Part shown: in pieces, positions 16,873-20,000 of the stretch | How the letters are laid out: each line of letters opens with the position of its first letter | How positions within the stretch are numbered: the stretch's first letter is position 1 | Source of the DNA: an uncultured virus (IMG/VR IMGVR_UViG_3300035180_002914) | Lineage: Duplodnaviria; Heunggongvirae; Uroviricota; Caudoviricetes | Length of the DNA: 20,000 nucleotides | Virus record (IMG/VR): IMGVR_UViG_3300035180_002914 | Reading direction: 5' to 3' (one strand) | Position numbers and translations under genes: made by a program | The notes under the pieces: generated by a model | The model's database searches: none | The model's input: the letters and a program-made list of their open reading frames with translations, nothing else | Told to the model about the DNA's origin: nothing

Positions 16873-17130
16873 ATGAAAAAGACAGTTTTATTGCTACTGA
16901 TTGTTACTTCTTGTTTTAGTTTCGATTGTTTAAATGAGCAAGAGAGAAAAACACGAGAAGAAAGGTATTGTTGTGAAAAAATTAGACAACTTAATACTGA
17001 TTTTAGAGCAAAAACTCTTGCTGGTTGGAAAAGAGAAATAAGAAAGGGAGAAGTGAAACCAGATATGGAAGGTTGTATTGAATTATATTTTGCCAGAAGA
17101 AATAGTAACTCAATAGGCGGTACTCTATGA
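16873..17130 (+). CDS. Small exported Cys-containing protein
   Basis: Sec signal MKKTVLLLLIVTSCFS; four Cys in the mature part; ATGA overlap with the next gene. Confidence 0.7.
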   Translation: MKKTVLLLLIVTSCFSFDCLNEQERKTREERYCCEKIRQLNTDFRAKTLAGWKREIRKGEVKPDMEGCIELYFARRNSNSIGGTL

Positions 17131-18299
17131 GAAAAATATTTCTTATTTCTGCTCTTTCTGTCTTAGCTTTAGCTGGTAATTTTCACTTTGAAAATGAGCT
17201 TGATATTACTTACAGTGATATGTCATCAAGCCAAGAACAAAGCAAAGAAAATCAAAAAACTCTTAGAAGTTTCTTTAGTTATGAAACAAAAGATTCAAGG
17301 TTTACTGCTGAAACTATTGCCCAATATGGAAGTGATAAGAATGACCAATGGAATAATAAAAATGGTGGAAAAGAAGGCGGTATGTCTATTGAAAGCCTTA
17401 TGTATGAGAGAAAACTCACAGACGAAATTTCTATTTCTGGCGGAGTAATTCCGTTTACAAACGATAATGACTTTTTCTTTGATGATGGTTTTATAGAAGA
17501 AAATGGTAATCCTATACTAATTTCATTACCACTTCAATCTGTATTTTTGTCTTACAAGAAATCAATAGGAGACTTTGATACAGTAAGTAAACTAGGTTAT
17601 GGCATATATGATTATTTCAAGCTACCACATAGAGACACACAATATTATGAAAATTCAAAATCTGACGGTATTTTCTTTATACAAAGCTGGGATGATGGAA
17701 TAAACAAAATACAGATTGATGCTTATATGGCAAAAATAAAGTATCTAGAAAAAGATGAAGCAACATTAAAACTAGCTAGTATTCTCTATAAAACAGTAGA
17801 CCCTTGGATAGATGCAAAATGGTTTATAAGTGCTGGGTATAGCGAATTTGACCAAAAGACTTCTGATATTAAAAATACTATATTAGACGGAGAAGGTACA
17901 CCAAGATCTTTACCTGATATAATACCTGATGATTTTAGTTTTGAAAACACTAAAAAATCAGGGAAGTTTTTTTCTATCGGAGCAAGTAAAAGATTTGATA
18001 AACTGACTACAAGAATCTGTGCTATATGGATGTCTAAGAATTGGGTTTCTCTAGCATCAACAACAGATACAGATAGTCCTTTTTTCTATGAAAATAGAGG
18101 AAGAAGTATAGCAGGAAAAATTTCGTATGATATAACAAAAAATTTAAGTGTGTCTTTTGAAGATGTGTATATTAAAAAGGATTGGACTAGTAGGATTGGT
18201 TCTTCAATAAATCCTGTACCTAGTGGAAATAATTCTGATTTGCCAAATGATTACAAGTACAAACATATAAGTACTTTTCAATTGTCATATACTTTTTAA
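17127..18299 (+). CDS. Outer-membrane beta-barrel (porin-like) protein
   Basis: Signal peptide ending ALA, alternating aromatic/polar strands, and a C-terminal BAM-type beta-signal 'FQLSYTF'. Confidence 0.75.
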   Translation: MRKIFLISALSVLALAGNFHFENELDITYSDMSSSQEQSKENQKTLRSFFSYETKDSRFTAETIAQYGSDKNDQWNNKNGGKEGGMSIESLMYERKLTDEISISGGVIPFTNDNDFFFDDGFIEENGNPILISLPLQSVFLSYKKSIGDFDTVSKLGYGIYDYFKLPHRDTQYYENSKSDGIFFIQSWDDGINKIQIDAYMAKIKYLEKDEATLKLASILYKTVDPWIDAKWFISAGYSEFDQKTSDIKNTILDGEGTPRSLPDIIPDDFSFENTKKSGKFFSIGASKRFDKLTTRICAIWMSKNWVSLASTTDTDSPFFYENRGRSIAGKISYDITKNLSVSFEDVYIKKDWTSRIGSSINPVPSGNNSDLPNDYKYKHISTFQLSYTF

Positions 18300-18350
18300 G
18301 TAAATGAAGTATTACACAAAAAGATTAAAATAATTTTAAGGACAAGCTAA

Positions 18351-18659
18351 ATGGATGCAATTATTGTAGGAGATAACTATCCTTTTGTTGTAAAACTGAA
18401 AAGAAACGGGATGTCTGTAGATATATCTAATGGTCAGGTATTTTTCAAATATAAATCAAGACAAGATAATCTTAAAACGATTAAAGGAATATCAGCTAAT
18501 CCTACTGTAGGCGAAGTTGTTTTTATTCCTTCATCAACAGACTTCACAGAGGTTGGAAGTTTTGTCTATGACATAGTGTATATTGATGACGAAATAAAAA
18601 TGACATTAGAACAAGGCACATTTGAAATACTAGATTCTGTTGAAACTGTAAAAATATAA
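18351..18659 (+). CDS. BppU N-terminal-like (baseplate upper protein) Ig-fold small protein
   Basis: Pattern 'GDN..F.V.L...G..VDIS...V.F...G.V...P...DF..VG...YD..Y......T...G.F.I'; AAGGA RBS. Confidence 0.6.
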   Translation: MDAIIVGDNYPFVVKLKRNGMSVDISNGQVFFKYKSRQDNLKTIKGISANPTVGEVVFIPSSTDFTEVGSFVYDIVYIDDEIKMTLEQGTFEILDSVETVKI

Positions 18660-18759
18660 GGATATATAATACTTATATCACATAACATTCTAAAAACTGT
18701 CTTATATAATACCGCAATATTTTTAAACTTATTCATAATATAATTCTTAAATTGTTATT

Positions 18760-18783
18760 TAGTAGGTAAGTGACTTCCTACTA
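18760..18783. other. Imperfect hairpin in a 240-bp intergenic region
   Basis: TAGTAGG(T)AAG-TGA-CTTCCTACTA. Confidence 0.35.
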
Positions 18784-18901
18784 TAATAGTTAAACTATTG
18801 TCGAATATAATACAAGTATATATGTTTTTAAAGTGTTATTGTTTTGTTGTGAACAAAAAATCCTGAAGATTTATCAAACAATTTAAAGGAGATACAAAAT
18901 T

Positions 18902-19831
18902 ATGGATAAAAAACTAGGTATTCCATATATGGGAAGTAAGAGAAAAATATCTAAAAAGATTGTTGACTATATTCTCCGACACAATCCAAACACAAAGTAT
19001 GTTTTTGATCTTTTTGGTGGCGGTGGAGCTATGAGCTTTCAATTTCTACAACGCGAGGGAGTTCAAAGAGTTGTATATAATGAACTAAATACGGGCGTGG
19101 TTGAGTTACTAAAGAAAATTCAAAAAGATGGTGTGACGGATGAATTCTATCGTTGGATTGATCGAGATACATTCCTCGCTCATAAAAACGATAACACTTG
19201 GTTCGGTGGTTTGGTTGCTACTTGTTGGAGTTTCGGAAATAATAGTAAAGGTTATAAGTTTAGCAAAGAAAACGAAAGATTTAAACGTCCACTACACGAG
19301 ATAATAGTTAATAAATGTGAGGAAAGTATTAAAGAGTTTTATGAGCTTAGTGGACTATTGATTGATAAAAACTTAATAACAGCTGATACTATTAATCAGA
19401 GACGATTAAACGTTTTAGCTTTTGTTAAAAAGAATTTGTCAGAAACACATCCATCTTCGAGATTACAACAGCTAGAACAGCTACAACAGCTAGAACGAAT
19501 ACAACAGCTAGAACAACTACAACAGCTAGAAATAAGTAATAAATCATATGTTGAAGTGTTAATCGACACACCAATAAACGAAACTATAATCTATCTTGAC
19601 CCACCGTACAAAGATACAGCTAAGTATCAACACGAGATAGATTATGATAAATTCTATGAATGGGTAAATAACAGCCCTTATACTATATATGTATCGAGTT
19701 ATGAAGCTCCTATGAAAGAAGTATTAGCAATAGAACATAGAAGTACTTTATCAGCTACAGCGAATAATAAAGTAGTAGAAAAGCTATTTTGTAATAAGGT
19801 GAAGATTGTGGATTACTTTAATGATTTTTAA
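18902..19831 (+). CDS. DNA adenine methyltransferase (Dam/D12 class), orphan
   Basis: 'PYMGSK', motif I 'DLFGGGG' and motif IV 'YLDPPY'; AAGGAG RBS. Confidence 0.9.
   Translation: MDKKLGIPYMGSKRKISKKIVDYILRHNPNTKYVFDLFGGGGAMSFQFLQREGVQRVVYNELNTGVVELLKKIQKDGVTDEFYRWIDRDTFLAHKNDNTWFGGLVATCWSFGNNSKGYKFSKENERFKRPLHEIIVNKCEESIKEFYELSGLLIDKNLITADTINQRRLNVLAFVKKNLSETHPSSRLQQLEQLQQLERIQQLEQLQQLEISNKSYVEVLIDTPINETIIYLDPPYKDTAKYQHEIDYDKFYEWVNNSPYTIYVSSYEAPMKEVLAIEHRSTLSATANNKVVEKLFCNKVKIVDYFNDF
19464..19531 (+). repeat. In-frame 18-bp tandem repeat (about 4 copies) inside the methylase
   Basis: TACAACAGCTAGAA at 19464, 19482, 19500 and 19518, encoding LQQLEQLQQLERIQQLEQLQQLE. Confidence 0.9.
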
Positions 19832-19937
19832 GCGAATGATTTCTGTAGTATATAACTATTAGGATATAATAGATTTATCTGTTTGTGCGTAAAACGCCGT
19901 CCTTCAGGACGGCGATATAAGCACATCAAATTAACAT

Positions 19938-19975
19938 TTAACAAATTGCTATCGACTAACTATAATAAATATAAT
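19938..19975 (+). promoter_or_regulatory. Promoter(s) directly upstream of the second omegaRNA copy
   Basis: TTAACA-N17-TATAAT (19938-19966) and TTGCTA-N18-TATAAT (19946-19975); AATAAATA also occurs at 19964-19971. Confidence 0.6.
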
Positions 19976-19978
19976 CAT

Positions 19979-20000
19979 AGTCGTTTGGGCTGGGAACCAG
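19979..20000 (+). ncRNA. 5' start of a second omegaRNA-like RNA (truncated by the window edge)
   Basis: 20/22 identity to 729-750. The two differences (A742/G19992 and T748/C19998) form one compensatory base pair. Confidence 0.65.

Larger units (their letters stand above)
19879..20000 (+). mobile_element. Left end of a probable non-autonomous miniature IS200/IS605 element (runs off the window)
   Basis: Target-like TTTAT at 19874-19878, AAAA guide at 19891-19894, hairpin CGCCGTCC-TTCA-GGACGGCG at 19895-19914 and an outer TGTGC/GCACA stem. Promoter elements and omegaRNA-homologous sequence follow. Confidence 0.72.

Noticed and set aside
16873..17130. Small exported protein as a c-type cytochrome or lipoprotein
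   Set aside because: No CxxCH motif, and the lipobox (VTSC) is non-canonical, so neither call can be supported.
7849..17448. ORFs 7849-8031, 9896-10090, 12205-12390, 13273-13503, 13839-14024, 16489-16728 and 17188-17448
   Set aside because: They overlap real genes on the opposite strand or in another frame and have no independent support.
18566..18736. Minus-strand ~55-codon ORF (MNKFKNIAVLYKTVF...) as a GIY-YIG remnant
   Set aside because: No real GIY-YIG motif or RBS, and about half of it is antisense to the BppU-like gene.
19464..19531. Short repeats as a mini-CRISPR
   Set aside because: 14-bp cores separated by only 4 bp, in frame within a coding sequence.

Overview
An AT-rich segment that reads as part of a large T4-like (myovirus-type) phage of a Campylobacterota host. 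This assignment is inferred from TATAAATA late-promoter motifs, TTTAAG...TATAAT promoters, phoH, an HNH homing endonuclease, a Dam-type methylase and a BppU-like gene. Left to right the window holds: a frameshifted IS200/IS605 tnpB whose right end and omegaRNA interrupt a phage gene; a Nampt-like plus PRS-like pair (the NARP1 NAD-reconstitution arrangement); a Ro60/TROVE gene with a structured leader; five tandem Cys-rich Sel1-repeat genes lacking signal peptides; PIN-PhoH; an HNH endonuclease; and an exported non-specific nuclease. Next comes a translationally coupled operon of a membrane coiled-coil protein, a stand-alone receiver, two sensor histidine kinases, a small exported Cys protein and an outer-membrane beta-barrel, then a BppU-like gene and a DNA adenine methylase. 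At the extreme right is an IS605-type left end followed directly by a promoter and the 5' end of a second omegaRNA copy with a compensatory base-pair change, with no transposase or tnpB in between. The most interesting candidates are the apparent phage-encoded envelope-spanning two-component signalling module and the apparent guide-RNA-only mini-IS. All family calls are from motif reading; no database searches were run.
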